From the NCBI RefSeq assembly GCF_009914755.1, contig NC_060934.1: a stretch of DNA of 64,000 bases, one strand, 5' to 3'. This DNA comes from the human T2T-CHM13v2.0 reference genome, Homo sapiens. The notes under the pieces are model-generated. The model ran no database searches and had not been told where the DNA came from. It saw only the letters and a program-made list of their open reading frames with translations. This document shows, piece after piece, positions 16,511-31,850 of the stretch; within the stretch, counting starts at the first letter, position 1; every line of letters starts with the position of its first letter. The translations under genes and the position numbers were made by a program.

Positions 16511-17527
16511 TTACAATTTGGCATGTTTTTTCAGTGGCTGGTACCGGTTGTTCCTTTCCATGTTTAGTGCTTCCTTCAGGAGCTCTTTTAGGGCAGGCCT
16601 GGTGGTGACAAAATCTCTCAGCATTTGCTTGTCTGTAAAGGATTTTATTTCTCCTTCACTTATGAAGCTTAGTTTGGCTGGAAATGAAATTCTGGGTTGA
16701 AAATTCTTTTCTTTAAGAATGTTGAATTTTGGCCCCCACTCTCTTCTGGCTTGTAGAGTTTCTGCCAAGAGATCAACTGTTAGTCTGATGGGCTTCCCTT
16801 TGTGGGTGAGCCGACCTTTCTCTCTGGCTGCCCTTAACATTTTTTCCTTCATTTCAACTTTGGTGAATCTGACAATTATGTGTTTTGGAGTTGCTCTTCT
16901 CGAGGAATATCTTTGTGGCATTCTCTGTATTTCCTGAATTTGAATGTTGGCCTGCCTTGCTAGACTGGGGAAGTTCTCCTGGATAATATCCTGCAGAGTG
17001 TTTTCCAACTTGGTTCCATTCTCCCCGTCACTTTCAGGTACACCAATCGGATGTAGATTTGGTCTTTTCACATAGTCCCATATTTCTTGGAGGCTTTGTT
17101 CATTTCTTTTTATTCTTTTTTCTCTAATCTTCTCTTCTCGTTTCATTTCATTCATTTGATCTTCCATCACTGATACCCTTTCTTCCAGTTCATCGAATCG
17201 GCTACTGAGGCTTGTGCATTCGTCATGTAGTTCTCGTGCCTTGGTTTTCAGCTCCATCAGGTCCTTTAAGGACTTCTCTGCATTGGTTATTCTAGTTAGC
17301 CATTCGTCTAATTTTCTTTCAAGGTTTTTAACTCCTTTGCCATGGGTTTGAACTTCCTCCTTTATCTCGGAGTAGTTTGTTCATCTGAAGCCTTCTTCTC
17401 TCAACTAATCAAAGTCATTCTCCATCCAGCTTTGTTCTGTTGCTGGTGAGAAGCTGCATTCCTTTGGAGGAGGAGAGGCGCTCTGATTTTTAGAGTTTCC
17501 AGTTTTCCTGCTCTGTTTTTTCCTCAT
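16511..17527 (-). pseudogene. L1 ORF1p, nonsense-disrupted
   Basis: 1017-bp frame (338 codons plus stop) from ATG 17527; in-frame TAG at 17405-17407 and TGA at 17381-17383; C-terminal 248 aa in the ORF track. Confidence 0.93.
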
Positions 17528-18102
17528 CTTTGTGGTTTTATCTACCTTTGGTCTTTGATGATGGTGACGTACAGATGGGGTTTTGGTGTGGATGTCCTTT
17601 CTGTTTGTTAGTTTTCCTTCTAACAGACAGGACCCTCAGCTGCAGGTCTGTTGGAGTTTGCTGGAGGTCCACTCTAGACCATGTTTGCCTGGGTATCAGC
17701 AGCGGAGGCTGCAGAACAGCAGATATTGGTGAACAGCAAATGTTGCTGCCTGATCATTCCTCTGGAAGTTTTGTCTCAGAGCAGTACCCGGCCGTGTGAG
17801 GTGTCAGTCTGCCCCTAATAGGGGGTGCCTCCCAGTTTGGATGCTCAGGGCTCAGGGACCCACTTGAGGAGGCCGTCTGTCTGTTCTCAGATCTCCAGCT
17901 GCGTGCTGGGAGAACCACTACTTTCTTCAAAGCTGTCAGACAGGGACATTTAAGTCTGCAGAGGATTCTGCTGCCTTTGGTTTGGCTATGCCCTGCCCCC
18001 AGAGGTGGAGTCTACAGAGGCAGGCAGGCCTCCTTGAGTTGCGGTGGGCTCCACCTAGTTTGAGCTTCCTGGCTGCTTTGTTTACATACTCAAGACTTGG
18101 CA

Positions 18103-18561
18103 ATGGCGGGGGCCCCTCCCCCAGCCTCGCTGCCGCCTTGCAGTTTGATCTCAGACTGCTGTGCTAGCAATGAGCGTAGCTCCGTGGGCGTAGGACCCTC
18201 CAAGCCAGGCGCGGGATATAATCTCCTGGTGTGCCATTTGCTAAGACTGTTGGAGAAGCGCAGTATTAGGGTGGGAGTGACCCGATTTTCCAGGTGCTGT
18301 CTGTCACCCCTTTCTTTGACTAGGAAAGGGAATTCCCTGACCCCTTGCGCTTCCCGGATGAGGCGATGCCTCGCCCTGCTTTGGCTCACGCTCGGTGCGC
18401 TGCACCCACTGTCCTGCACCCACTTTCCAACACTACTCAGTGAGATGAACCCGGTGCCTCAGTTGGAAATGCAGAAATCACCCATCTTCTGCGTCTCTCA
18501 CACTGGGAGCTGTAGACTGGAGGTGTTCCTATTCCTAGTTATTTTCCTTAACGTAGTCTAA
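18103..18561 (+). CDS. ORF0: L1 antisense ORF0, extended to 152 codons
   Basis: MAGAPPPASLPPCSLISDCCASN... is the primate L1 ORF0 N-terminus; frame stays open past the L1 end into flank; translation not shown. Confidence 0.55.
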   Translation: MAGAPPPASLPPCSLISDCCASNERSSVGVGPSKPGAGYNLLVCHLLRLLEKRSIRVGVTRFSRCCLSPLSLTRKGNSLTPCASRMRRCLALLWLTLGALHPLSCTHFPTLLSEMNPVPQLEMQKSPIFCVSHTGSCRLEVFLFLVIFLNVV

Positions 18562-19490
18562 TTATGAGTCATTTTCTTTAAATGCTTTTTGTATACTATT
18601 TCTGAGATCTATTCCCTAACCTCCAGGTTATGAAGTTATTTCATCTAGAATCTCTGTTGTTTTAACTTTTATATTTAGATCTAAAATTAACCTGACATTA
18701 ATTTTTTGTCTATGGCATGAGGTAGGGGTGAGGGTTTCTTCCCCCTCTCATAAGAATATCCAATTTACTCAGCACCATTACTGAAAATAAACTCCTCTAC
18801 CCACTGCTGTGCAGTGCCACCCTTGACATAAATTAATTCTCCATAAAACCGTGGGCCGGTTTCTCGACTTTCTCTTCTGCTCCAGTGGTCTATTTGTCTA
18901 TTCTGTTTTAATTACTAAAGATTTAAAAATCTTGATATCTGGGTAGTGTAAAGCCTCCCATTTTGATCTTCCTCTTCAAATTTGTCTTGGCTATCGTTGC
19001 TCTTTTGCATTTCCACATACAATTTTGAGTCACAGAAAAAGAAAGAAAGAAAAAAATTTTTGAATCAGTTCTCAATTTAAAAATAAAATAAAAAACACCC
19101 TGCTGGGATCTGGAGACAACTGACTTCTTATACCAGTATCTCTTTCAATCAGTGTTTTATAGGCTTCTATGTAGAAGTCTTGTACATCTTTTGTTAGATT
19201 TATTCCTACGTGTTTAAGTTTTTAAGATGCAGGTATAATGGCGTTTAAAACATTGTTTTCTATTTATTTGCTAGTACATAGAATAATTACCTTTTTTTTG
19301 GCCTTTTATCTAGGAAACTTGCCAAATTCACTAATGAATTTCAATGCATTATCTGTAAATTTTTTTTGATTTTCTACTCACACATTAGTGTATCTGCAAT
19401 CAGTGACAGCAGTTTTCTTCTTGTCTTTCAATCCTTCTGCCTTTTTTTTCTTTATTGCACTGAATAGAATCCCTAGTACAGTGTTTTGTC
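18546..19490 (-). mobile_element. Old L1M continuation
   Basis: Collinear continuation of the L1M interrupted at ~12389 (tttatatttagatct...tatccaatttactcagcacca). Confidence 0.7.
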
Positions 19491-21217
19491 TACTTGGTTT
19501 TCAAAAGCAACTTCCAACTTGCCAAACCTTCTTCGCCTGAATTGGATAGCTGCATATTTGTGTGAATCCTTTTTGTGCTCTTCTAATATATGAGGTAGAA
19601 TAGGTCATTTTATGTATCATCATTTCATTGGTAGAGAAGCACAGACCCAGTGAAATGGAGAGAGCCCTCTGGGGTCAAAGAATAGGTGGGTGCAGAGCTG
19701 ACCATGCACAGCAACAGTCCTAATTCTCTAAGTGGTGCTACACTAAGGCTGAGACACTGTCCCTGGTAAGCCTGATAGTTTTTCTTGCTTTTTAGTTATT
19801 AAATAACAATCTTAACTATAAATCCTAGGATAGGCCATCTGCAAGCCGGAGAACCAGGGAAGCTGGTAGCATGGCTCAGTCCAAGTCTAAAGGCCTCAGA
19901 ACCAGGGAAGCCAAAGCTGAAGAACCAAGAGCTGGGGATGGAGTGTGGGGGGACTGTAATAATCTTATAGCAACATTAAGTGTATATTTGAAAAGAAAAA
20001 GAAAGACACATATAATTTTGTCATCAAGGAGTTGTCTCTCTTTTCAGTTTAGTATGTTTCCGTCTGTCTTTACTATATGATATGCTTGTTAAATTGATAT
20101 GCTTTAGAAGTAATAACCCTTTTAGACAAGCTGAGAGCAACAGAAATGTAACAGATGTGGGATTTATTAGAAAAATCTTAAATTCTGTTTTTCTTTGGAA
20201 AATCATAGTGGTGGTAGCTATTGGACTATTCAGAGACTTCTTTCTATTTTGATGCAGTGGTTGTGGTGTAAATTATTTTATCTTGATTTTACTCTGGGGC
20301 TTTTAGAATTAGATTTTGCTGGAGTTGGCTTTGATTTAACACTTGTATGCATTACAGGTATTAGAAAAAAATCCCATTCTTTCAAAAGTCTTTGGATTAC
20401 CAGCAAACTAATTAAAGCTACCCAGCTAAGTAAATCCATTTTCGATTATCAGTAACACGGTGAGTTTTTTTTTTTAAACATAAAGTTTGCTAGTTACCTG
20501 AGTTAAAAAAAAAAAAAAAAAAAACCCAATCTACCATACAAACTGTTTGGTGTTCACTCAAAGTATGTCCTTAGATTTAGAAATGTTTCAGTATTTTTTT
20601 AATTGCAAAAACCATGGATTAGCTCAGATGGCTAGAATAAGTGACTAAAGGGTGACATAAATTTGAATGGTAGGTAGACAACTAATTGGTTTTCTGTGTT
20701 TCACGACCTCACAGTCACATGAATGGATCTGTCGGTAGTTACTGAATGCCTAGCATTGTCGCATAGAAATGTTTAATGTGATTTTATGTTCCTTAGTGAT
20801 TAATCAAGCAAAAGTGTGGATGGGTCATTGCATCTTCAAGTTTAGGGAAAACATTTTAATGCTTGCCACACTGGATGGTTCAGTAGTGACACTCATATGT
20901 AAAGGGCCAGGAAATAATTGTTCCAGTTTGTGCTTTGTCACCAATTAAAAAGTAGGGCAAAAGCTTTCTGATCCTAGGTTTACTAATCTATAAAATGTGG
21001 TTAATAATACCCACCCTGCTTATCTTTCAGGTTTGAGGTGAAGGCCAAAATAGAAATTGTAAGTAAACATGCTTTTGATCACAATTCTAATGGTAGACAT
21101 AGTTTTGGTCTTCTTTTATGTTTTTATATATATTTGGTGACCTAGGTGTTCAATTGAATACTTGAAGGTGGCATTCACCTATACTGATAAATTAATGAAT
21201 AGGTCAGAAACTAAGTA

Positions 21218-23533
21218 CAGGTATATCTTGGCAATATCATGGGTTCAGTTCTAGACCACTAAAATAAAGCAAATATTGCAATAAAGTGAGTCACACACAT
21301 TGTTTTTATATTCCCAGGGCATATAAAAGTTACATTTGTTCTATACTGTAATCCACTAAGTGTGCAATATCATTATTTATAAAAATGCAAATACCTTAAT
21401 TAGTAATACTTTACTGCTAAAAAATGCTAATGATCACTTGAGCCTTCAGCGAGTCATAATCTTCTTATTGGTGAAAGGTGTTGCCTCCACGTTAATGGCT
21501 GCTGACTGATCAGGGTGATGTTGCTGAAGATTGGCGTGGCTGTGGCGATTTCTTAAAATAAGACAACAGTAAAATTTACCACATTGATTGACTCTTTTCA
21601 TGAAAGATTTCTCTGTAACATGTGATCCTGTTGGATAACGTTTTATTGGAGTAAATTCTCTCAAACTCTGCTGCTTGTTTATCAATTAAATTTATGTAAT
21701 ATTCTAAATGCCTTTTTTACTATTCTAAATCCTTTGTTTTCATTTCAACAATGTTCAAAGCATCTTTATCAGGAGTAATTTCCATCTTAAGAAACCACTT
21801 TCTTTGCTCATCCATAAGAAGCAAGTCCTCATCCATTCAAGTTTTGTCATGAGATTGCAACAATTTAGTCACATTTTCAGGCTGTACTTCTAATTCTAGT
21901 TCTCCTACTATTTCTGCTACATCTGTGGTTATCTTCTCTACTGAAGTCTTAGACCACTCAGTCGTCCATGAGAATTGGAATCAACTTCTAAACTCTTATT
22001 AGTATTGATATTTTGACTTCCTCCCATGAATTATAAATGTTCTTAATGGTATCTAGAAGGTGAATCTTTTCATGAAGATTTTCAATTAACTTTGCCCAGA
22101 TTTATTAGAGGAATCAGTATCCAAGGCAGCTATAGCATTACAAAATGTATTTCCAGGATGGGTGCAGTGGCTCATGCCTGTAATCCCAGCCCTTTGGGAG
22201 GCTAGGAAGGGTGGATCACTTGAGGTCAGGAGTTCATGACCAGCCTGGCCAACATGGTGAAACCTCATGTCTACTAAAAATACAAAAATTAGCTGGGTGT
22301 GGTGGTGGGCACCTGTAATCCCAGCTACTTGGGAGGCTGAGGCAGGAGAATTCTTGAACCCAGGAGGCGGAGGTTGCAGTGAGCTGAGATTGTGGCACTG
22401 TTATCCAGACTGGGAGACAGAGGGAGACTCTGCCTCGAAAAAAAACCCAAACAAAACAAAACAAAACAAAAGACCCAAAAACCAAAATGGCTTTCCTAAA
22501 TACTAAGACTTGAAAGTTAGAATTACTCTTTGATCCATGGCAGAATTAATGTTGTGTTAGGCATGAAAACATTAATGTCCTTGCATATCTCCATCAGAGC
22601 TCTTGGGTGACCAGATGCATTGTCAATGAATAGTAATATTTTGAAGGGATTTTCTTTTTCCTGAGCAGTAGGTCTCAACAGTGGGCTTAAGATATTCAGT
22701 ACACCACGCTGTGAATACATGTCCTATTATTATCTAGGCTTTGTTGTCCCACTTATAGAGCTTAGGCAGGAAAGAGTTAACATAATTTTTAAGGACCCTG
22801 GAAATTTCAGAATGGTCAATGAGCATTGGCTCCAATTTAATGTTACCAGCTGCATTGGCCCCTAGTTAGAGAGTCAGGCTTGTTGTTTGAAACTTTGGAG
22901 TTAGGCACTGACTTCTTTTCTCCAGTTATAAAAGTCCTAGGTATCTTCTTCCAGTATAGGACTGTTTCGTCTACATTGAAAATGTGTTGTTTAGTGTAGC
23001 CACATTCATCAGTTATCTTAGCCAGATCTTCTGGATAACTTGTTACAGCCTCTGCATCGGCACTTCCTGCTTCACCTTGCACTTTTAAGTTCTGGAAATG
23101 GCTTCATTAACCCACTTCTAGTAGCTTCAAACTTTTCTCCTGCAGCTTCCTCACCTCTCTCAGCCTTCATACAACTGAAGAGAGTTAGGGTCTTACTCTG
23201 GGTTAGTCTTTGACTGAAGGAAGTGTTGTGGCTGTTTTTATCTTCTATCCAGACAACTAAAACTTTCTCCATATCAAACAATGCTGTTTCACTTTCTTAT
23301 CATTTGTGCATTCACTGGAGTAGCCCTTTTAATTTTCTTCAAGAACTTTTCCTTTACATTTACAACTTGGCTGTTAGGCCAAAACCTAGGCCTCTTATGC
23401 CAATCTTAGCTTTTGACATGCCTTTCTCACTAAACTTAAACATAGAAAGCTTTTGATTTAAAGTGAGAGAAGGCAACTCTTCTTTTCACTTGAACACTTA
23501 ACTGGCCCAAATTCAATATTGTTGTGTCTTGGG
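21218..23533 (-). mobile_element. Tigger1 DNA transposon (TcMar-Tigger), 5'-truncated
   Basis: TA plus caggtatatct TIR at 21216-21228; minus-strand transposase fragments (GYTKQHIFNVDETVLYWKK; [13 protein letters not shown]; KVLVVWIED). Confidence 0.92.
22156..22482 (+). mobile_element. AluS inserted in Tigger1
   Basis: Full dimer, (CAAAA)n tail, TSD caaaatg(ta/gc)tttcc at 22141-22154 and 22483-22496. Confidence 0.93.
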
Positions 23534-23535
23534 AT

Positions 23536-24893
23536 GGTTTGGATCATAATCCCAAAAGACACGATCTTGAAAGCCATAATCTCAAATGTGAAATCTCTAA
23601 AGATTAAAATCCCTAATGTCTAAAATCCTCAAAATTACAATCTCAAGCTTAACAGCCCAAATGTTAAAATCCTGAAAGCTGAATTCTTTGGAAGGGATTA
23701 ATGTGCTTTCAGTTGTATGCAGGATAGTTACGTCATGTTAGTTGCACCATGTTAAGTAGAACTATCACCTTGTTTTTATCTTTATTTGCATTTGGCAGAA
23801 AATTCAGATGAGTGGATTAGCCATAATATGGTGATGACAAAAACCTCAGTTTAAAAATGCATCATTCCTCCTGGCTAATGACGTTCCAGGAGATTTTAAC
23901 GCATTGAAGGCACATTTGCCTGAAGAAGTCAGAGATGTTACTGACTGGTTCAAAAATAATCATGTGCATGGTATGATAAAAAGACACACTTTTTAAAGAA
24001 TTAGAAATAGAAGAATTTCAAAAAGAGCAGTACTTCATAGAAAATGATTGTGAAAATATTATCTGAGACAGCCATGTCCTGAAAGATAAAAAGCAGCTAT
24101 TCTTCATGATGTAAGACTTCAAAATATAATGATTGTGAAAGTCAGTCAGCTCTTATTAACTATTTCCTTGCAATTGCCCATAATCTATAGTACATTTTTT
24201 CCATACGTTGAATTTTCTTTTAAGTTTTTTGTTTTTCTTTTTCTTTTAAATGTTTTTTGCACTATTTTAAATTGTCAGCATTATTATTTTACAATTTGCT
24301 ATGCTATGTGTTTTGTTTTTGCATTATTTCAATACTGGAGGTATAAACTATATAGAGAGTTTTAGAGAGTTCCAGTTTTATGCATTTTTTTGGCAAATTT
24401 GACTCCATGAAAGTGATCTATCACAATTTTGAATTTGTGTGTAAGCACTGTGTTTGTGCGTGTAAAAAACGTTGAAACTTCCTCAGCAAATGAAGAGATA
24501 TCCTTTTTGTACGCCTGCATTTGTGAAAGATAACATTTTTTAAGATCCTGGCTCTCTGGGTGACTGCATATATGGGGGTGACCCACAGTGGTTGTTGACT
24601 GATTTCATCAAAAGACAGGTTGTTCATCATGGTATGATCGCATTTACAAAGCTAGGTACGCACAATTGCCAACCAGAGTAATAGGCATTTATATATTTCC
24701 CTTTGACCTATTTCTTTATGAACACAATTTATCTATTCATAACTGTTATACCCATGTGATTGTCATTGGTATACCTGAGTGTTTAAACTTACAAAAATAT
24801 GTATACTATTGTCTATTTTATTGTGTAAAGTGGCCCATGTTCTGTTGTGTTTTTATTTTTCTCAAATAAATCCTCCTTTAAAATGTAAGTAAA
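23536..24893 (+). mobile_element. Ricksha (MULE-MuDR) DNA transposon, one end only
   Basis: ggtttggatcataatcccaaaagacac terminus with aatccc/aaaatc subterminal repeats; MULE-like remnant at ~23790-23970 (LKAHLPEEVRDVTDWFKNNHVHG). Confidence 0.75.
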
Positions 24894-24894
24894 T

Positions 24895-25600
24895 ATATAG
24901 AGTTGTGCAACCTTCACCACGATCAACTTTAGAATATTTTCATCACTGCAAATGGAAGCCCCATTCCCATTTGTGATTATTCCCCATTCCTCCTCAACCT
25001 CCCTTTCCTGATCTCTCCCTACTGTCAGCCCTAGGCCATGACAATTGCTAATCTACTCTTTGTCTCTTTAGAGTTGTCTGTTTTGGACATTCCATGTAAA
25101 TATGTATATGTGGTCTTTTGCGACTGGCTTCTTTTATGCATCACAAGTTCAAGGTTCATCCATGTTTTAGCATGTATCATCAGTATTTCATTCGTTTTTT
25201 TTAATTGCCAAATACTATTTGGCTTGTCTCCATTTTTGGCTATTGTGAATAATGACATTTCAACATTACTATGTAAGCTTTCTTATGGATATATGTTATC
25301 ATTTGAGTATGTACCTAGGAATGGAACCACTGGATCATATGGTAAGTCTGTTGAACACTGTGAGGAACTGCCAGTTTTCCTATGTGGGTGTACCATTTTA
25401 CATTCTCACCAGCAGTGTATGAGAGTGTTCCAATTTCTCCACATCTTAGCCAAGTTTTGCTATTATCTTTTTCATTTAAGCCATCCTAATGGGTGTGAGG
25501 TGGCATGTCATTGTGATTTTGATTTGCATTTCCTCAATGACCAGTGATGTTGAACATCTTTTCATATGTTTGTTGGTCATTTGCAGATTTTCTTTGGACT
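24895..25600 (-). mobile_element. L1MB-type 3' fragment
   Basis: gagttgtgcaacc...ttagaatattttcatcac...gtacctaggaatggaaccactggatcatatggtaag. Confidence 0.75.
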
Positions 25601-25729
25601 TTCATACTAGTTTCAAAGTCAGTCTGAATTAGATTTTTCTGTCACTTGCATCATGGATCCTATCTGATTCAGGTGGCATGTTTCACCTCTGCGAAGAGTT
25701 TCAGTGCTATCTCTTAGATATCCTTTAAT

Positions 25730-26835
25730 AAACTTTAAATATAACATTTATACAGAGAAGCATATAAGCCATAAGTCGATTGCTTATTATATTTTCACAG
25801 GAACAAGGCTTGTAAACATTGCTCAGATCAAGAAACAAAACATACAAGCATTTTTGGAAGCCCCCTCATACTTCTTGTTACTCTCCTGCTAAATTATTAA
25901 CATCATAGATTGGTTTTGCCCATTTTTAAACTTTATATAAATGGAATCATACAGTATATACTCTTTTGCATTGGCTTCTTTCATTCAGCACTATGTCTGT
26001 GACATTCATTCATCCTGTTGTGTTTAGCAGTAGTTTGTGCTTTTATACTACTGTGGTGTAGTACTCCAATGAATGAATATACCACAATTTATGCATTCTA
26101 TTATTTCCACTTTTTAAATATTACAAATAATACTGCTATGGACAATGGTGTACATGTGTTTTGAAATACTTCCAATACCATGTAGAATTTCAGTGACATC
26201 TACTAGAAGCTCTATTGTTAGCCTTTCACATTTAGATCTACAATTCTCCTGTAGCTTTGTAGATCTTTAGTAGATTTATTGCTAGCTATTGTTGGTTATT
26301 GGTTCTACTATAAGCCCTCAAGAGGATTTACTTTCGTGACTAGCAGGCAGTTAGGATGAGGAGGTTTACCTTACTTTAGTCTGGAATTGATCTAAATCTG
26401 AGCCAAACTTTATTCTTTTTGAGGGTTTGGTGTCTCCTGTTACCTAAATTCCTGGAGTATTGCCCTTCAGAAATCCCAAATGAAAGCCTGAGTGTTTATT
26501 AGGAACCCTCCTCTTTGGTAGGTCCTGAAAAAATTCGGATTTTTCTCTGCAGCCCCTGAGACTGCTGAAAGCTCTGCTCAGCTCCTATACCTGCTAGCCA
26601 TGACTTTCTGCTTAGTGGCTCACATGCTGCCTGGGCATCAGCAGATGTGTCAGGGGAGTGTAACATCAGGCTCACTTCTCAGCACTTCTTTCTCTCTGGG
26701 ATCTTAGACCCAGATCTTGGCTTCGTGGTAATGTTCCGTCAAACAATAAAAAAAATGTATACAGCTTTTCTAGGTGTTATAAGCAGGAAGGTTAGTCTGA
26801 TACTAGCTTATCTGCCATAGCCTGAAGTGGAAGTA
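25730..26835 (-). mobile_element. Old L1ME/L1M fragments
   Basis: tttaaactttatataaatggaatcatacagtatatactcttttg L1ME 3' motif. Confidence 0.6.
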
Positions 26836-26839
26836 GGTA

Positions 26840-27050
26840 GCAGAATGCTGTTAAATGTCTAACAACTGTCTCTCGGTGGGGTGTTGGTGGGGTGGTGGCG
26901 CACTGGGAGGCTTTAATTTGTAGCATTTGCTGATTAATGGTGGAAATCTTCTCACCATGAACAATTTTGAGCAGCCAATGTGACATCATTGAACATGGAA
27001 TTGAGAAAAGAAATGTATAGTTGGCTCTCGTGAGCTGAGACGTACTCCAA
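26840..27050 (-). mobile_element. MER63-like hAT-Blackjack remnant
   Basis: tttgtagcatttgctgatt...ccaatgtgacatcattgaacatggaattgagaa...ttggctctcgtgagctg. Confidence 0.5.
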
Positions 27051-27616
27051 GACATCTGAGTTGAAGTCCATTCCATCTGGCTGGTTCTATACTTCCAGTG
27101 CAAGTGAAGGGAGCTGTTTATTCTATACCATCAATATCCCCATATCTAGGTATTGAGGGCCATAACCTCTGCCTGGGTGTTTGTCTAGGGGGGCAGTTTA
27201 TTAGTCGATGGGGTCGTGGGAAAGGTAGAGCTCTGTGTCTGGGATTTACATTTGGAAGTGAAAGAAGGGTCATACAGATTCAGAAGGGGGAGGGAAACAG
27301 AAGCATGCAGAAGTCTGGAGTAATAAGTCAGAAACCCTAGTAATAATTATAATAAATATTAAACAAGGGATACAACTTTTACCTGTCAAATTGGAAAAAA
27401 TTTCAAAAATATTGGGTACAAAATTTCACAAAGAAGACTGTAGAGATCTCTAAACTGTTAAACACTGTTGTGGGGAGGAAAATTGTGCTTTCACAAGTAA
27501 ATCCTAAAAAAGGAATCAAACACAAAGAAAAAAGAAAATGTAAAAATATGATCCCACTTAAAAATGAAAAAAGGGGAATGGTGGAATAAATTTGTAGTGA
27601 TTAAAAATGATGTTTT

Positions 27617-28025
<409 letters not shown>

Positions 28026-28090
28026 TTATTATCTTTGGTAGTAAGATTATGAGTAAATTTTGTTGTCTTCTTTTTACTTTTTACTCATAC

Positions 28091-28242
28091 TTCTAAATGA
28101 GCTTGTGTTACCTTTATGTTCTCAAAATAAAGCCAGTAAATATAACAGTGGGAAAAAAATAATACATTCTTAGTAGGAAAGGGATATTTTCTGCTTGAGA
28201 TTAATAACTGGATTAATTTAACTAGGAGAATCTCATACAAAT
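28091..28242 (+). repeat. ~155-bp direct repeat, copy 1 (copy 2 at 31340-31496)
   Basis: Both copies start ttctaaatgagcttgtgttacctttatgttctcaaaa and end aactag(g/a)agaatctcat(a/t)caaat. Confidence 0.85.
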
Positions 28243-28315
28243 CAAATGCTAATCTGTTTGCAAATAGGCTGCTTATATTTTTTTCTGTCTCCAAGTCTGA
28301 ATTTTCTTCTGGTGC

Positions 28316-28668
28316 TGATATGGTTTGGCTGTGTCCCCACCCAAATCTCATCTTGAATTGCACTCCCATAAATCCCATGTGTTATGGGAGGGACCTGGTG
28401 AGAGATAATTTGAATCATGGGGGCGGTTTCCCTCATACTGTACTCGCGGTAGTAAATAAGTCTCATGAGATTGGATGGTTTCATCAGGGGTTTCTGCTTT
28501 TGCATTTTACTCATTTTCTCTTGCCACCACCATGTAAGAAGTACCTTTCACCTCCCTCCACAATTCTGAGGCCTTCCCAGCCATGTGGAACTGTAAGTCC
28601 AATTAAACCTCTTTTTCTTCCCAGTCTCAGGTATGTCTTTATCAGCAGCATGAAAATAGACTAATACA
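28316..28668 (+). mobile_element. THE1A solo LTR (MaLR)
   Basis: tgatatggtttggctgtgtcccc...gactaataca; 5-bp TSD ggtgc/gatgc. Confidence 0.9.
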
Positions 28669-28687
28669 GATGCCATATAAAAATTAG

Positions 28688-30701
<2,014 letters not shown>

Positions 30702-31339
30702 GAGATAAATGTTAGACACCAAACAGAGGAAAGAAAGACAGTTCATGGGTTCAGAGAACAGCAAAAAGGCATTTAACAACTAAGTTATTATAAACTTTGT
30801 CACTTTAATAGATGTTTGAACTTCCTCAAGTTTCCATGGAACTGTGACACCTGGTCCTGCAGAAAGCTACCTTCTGGTCTTGCACTAACTATCATGGGCC
30901 CTGAGCAATCAAGATTTTCAAAAAGACAGACAACCTGCTGTGTATTCTTGAGGGAGTATGTCTCTCTTTCTCCAGGCTCTGGGCAGACTTGCCAGACTTT
31001 ATTTTCCCCATTTTCTAGTTATTTTTCTTCCCTAGTGATTGTAGGGTAGAAATCACTTAAATTTCCAGAGACTTCTTTAACTGATCAGCAAGTTTCCCAT
31101 TTGCTAAGTAACATTCTCTTCCGGATTCTCAGGAATTAAAAGCAAATATGTCAAAGCAAAACTCAGTGAAACTTACTGATTTTTTTTTCCTTTAGCACCA
31201 AGAAAAGGGCTGTGGACTTAGAGATGTAAAATAAATATTTTTTTTGGTATTAAATGGTTGCTATTAAAACAAAAATAAATGTTTTTGGTACATATGCATA
31301 CACACAGATATACCTATATGTATATATATTTCATTAGTT

Positions 31340-31496
31340 TTCTAAATGAGCTTGTGTTACCTTTATGTTCTCAAAAAAAAAAGCCAATAAACATGACAGT
31401 GGGGAAAAATTAATCCATTCTTATGTGTAGGCAACGAATATTTTGCACTTGAGATTAATTATCCGGTTACGTTAACTAGAAGAATCTCATTCAAAT
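31340..31496 (+). repeat. ~155-bp direct repeat, copy 2
   Basis: Aligns by eye with 28091-28242. Confidence 0.85.
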
Positions 31497-31504
31497 TATG
31501 CCAT

Positions 31505-31850
31505 TCAAATATATATATAAAAATATGTGTAACTGTATATGTTTTAAAATATATGTATATTTAAATATGTGTATATGTATATGTATATAGGTATATGTAT
31601 TTAAATATATGTATATATTTAAATATATGTATATTTAAATGTATATGTATGTATTTAAATATGTCTATAAATTTACATATGCTTATATACATATATACAT
31701 TTATTCACATGTATTTATATATGTGTATATACATGTGAACAAATATACATATGTTTATATACAGGTATATGTACATGTATATATTTACGTACATGTATAT
31801 GTATATAAATCTCAAATAGATGCATATACATATAAGTATACATATTTTTG
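31505..31850. repeat. Degenerate (TA/TATG)-rich low-complexity tract
   Basis: Repeated tatatgtatatttaaa and tatatacat units. Confidence 0.9.
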
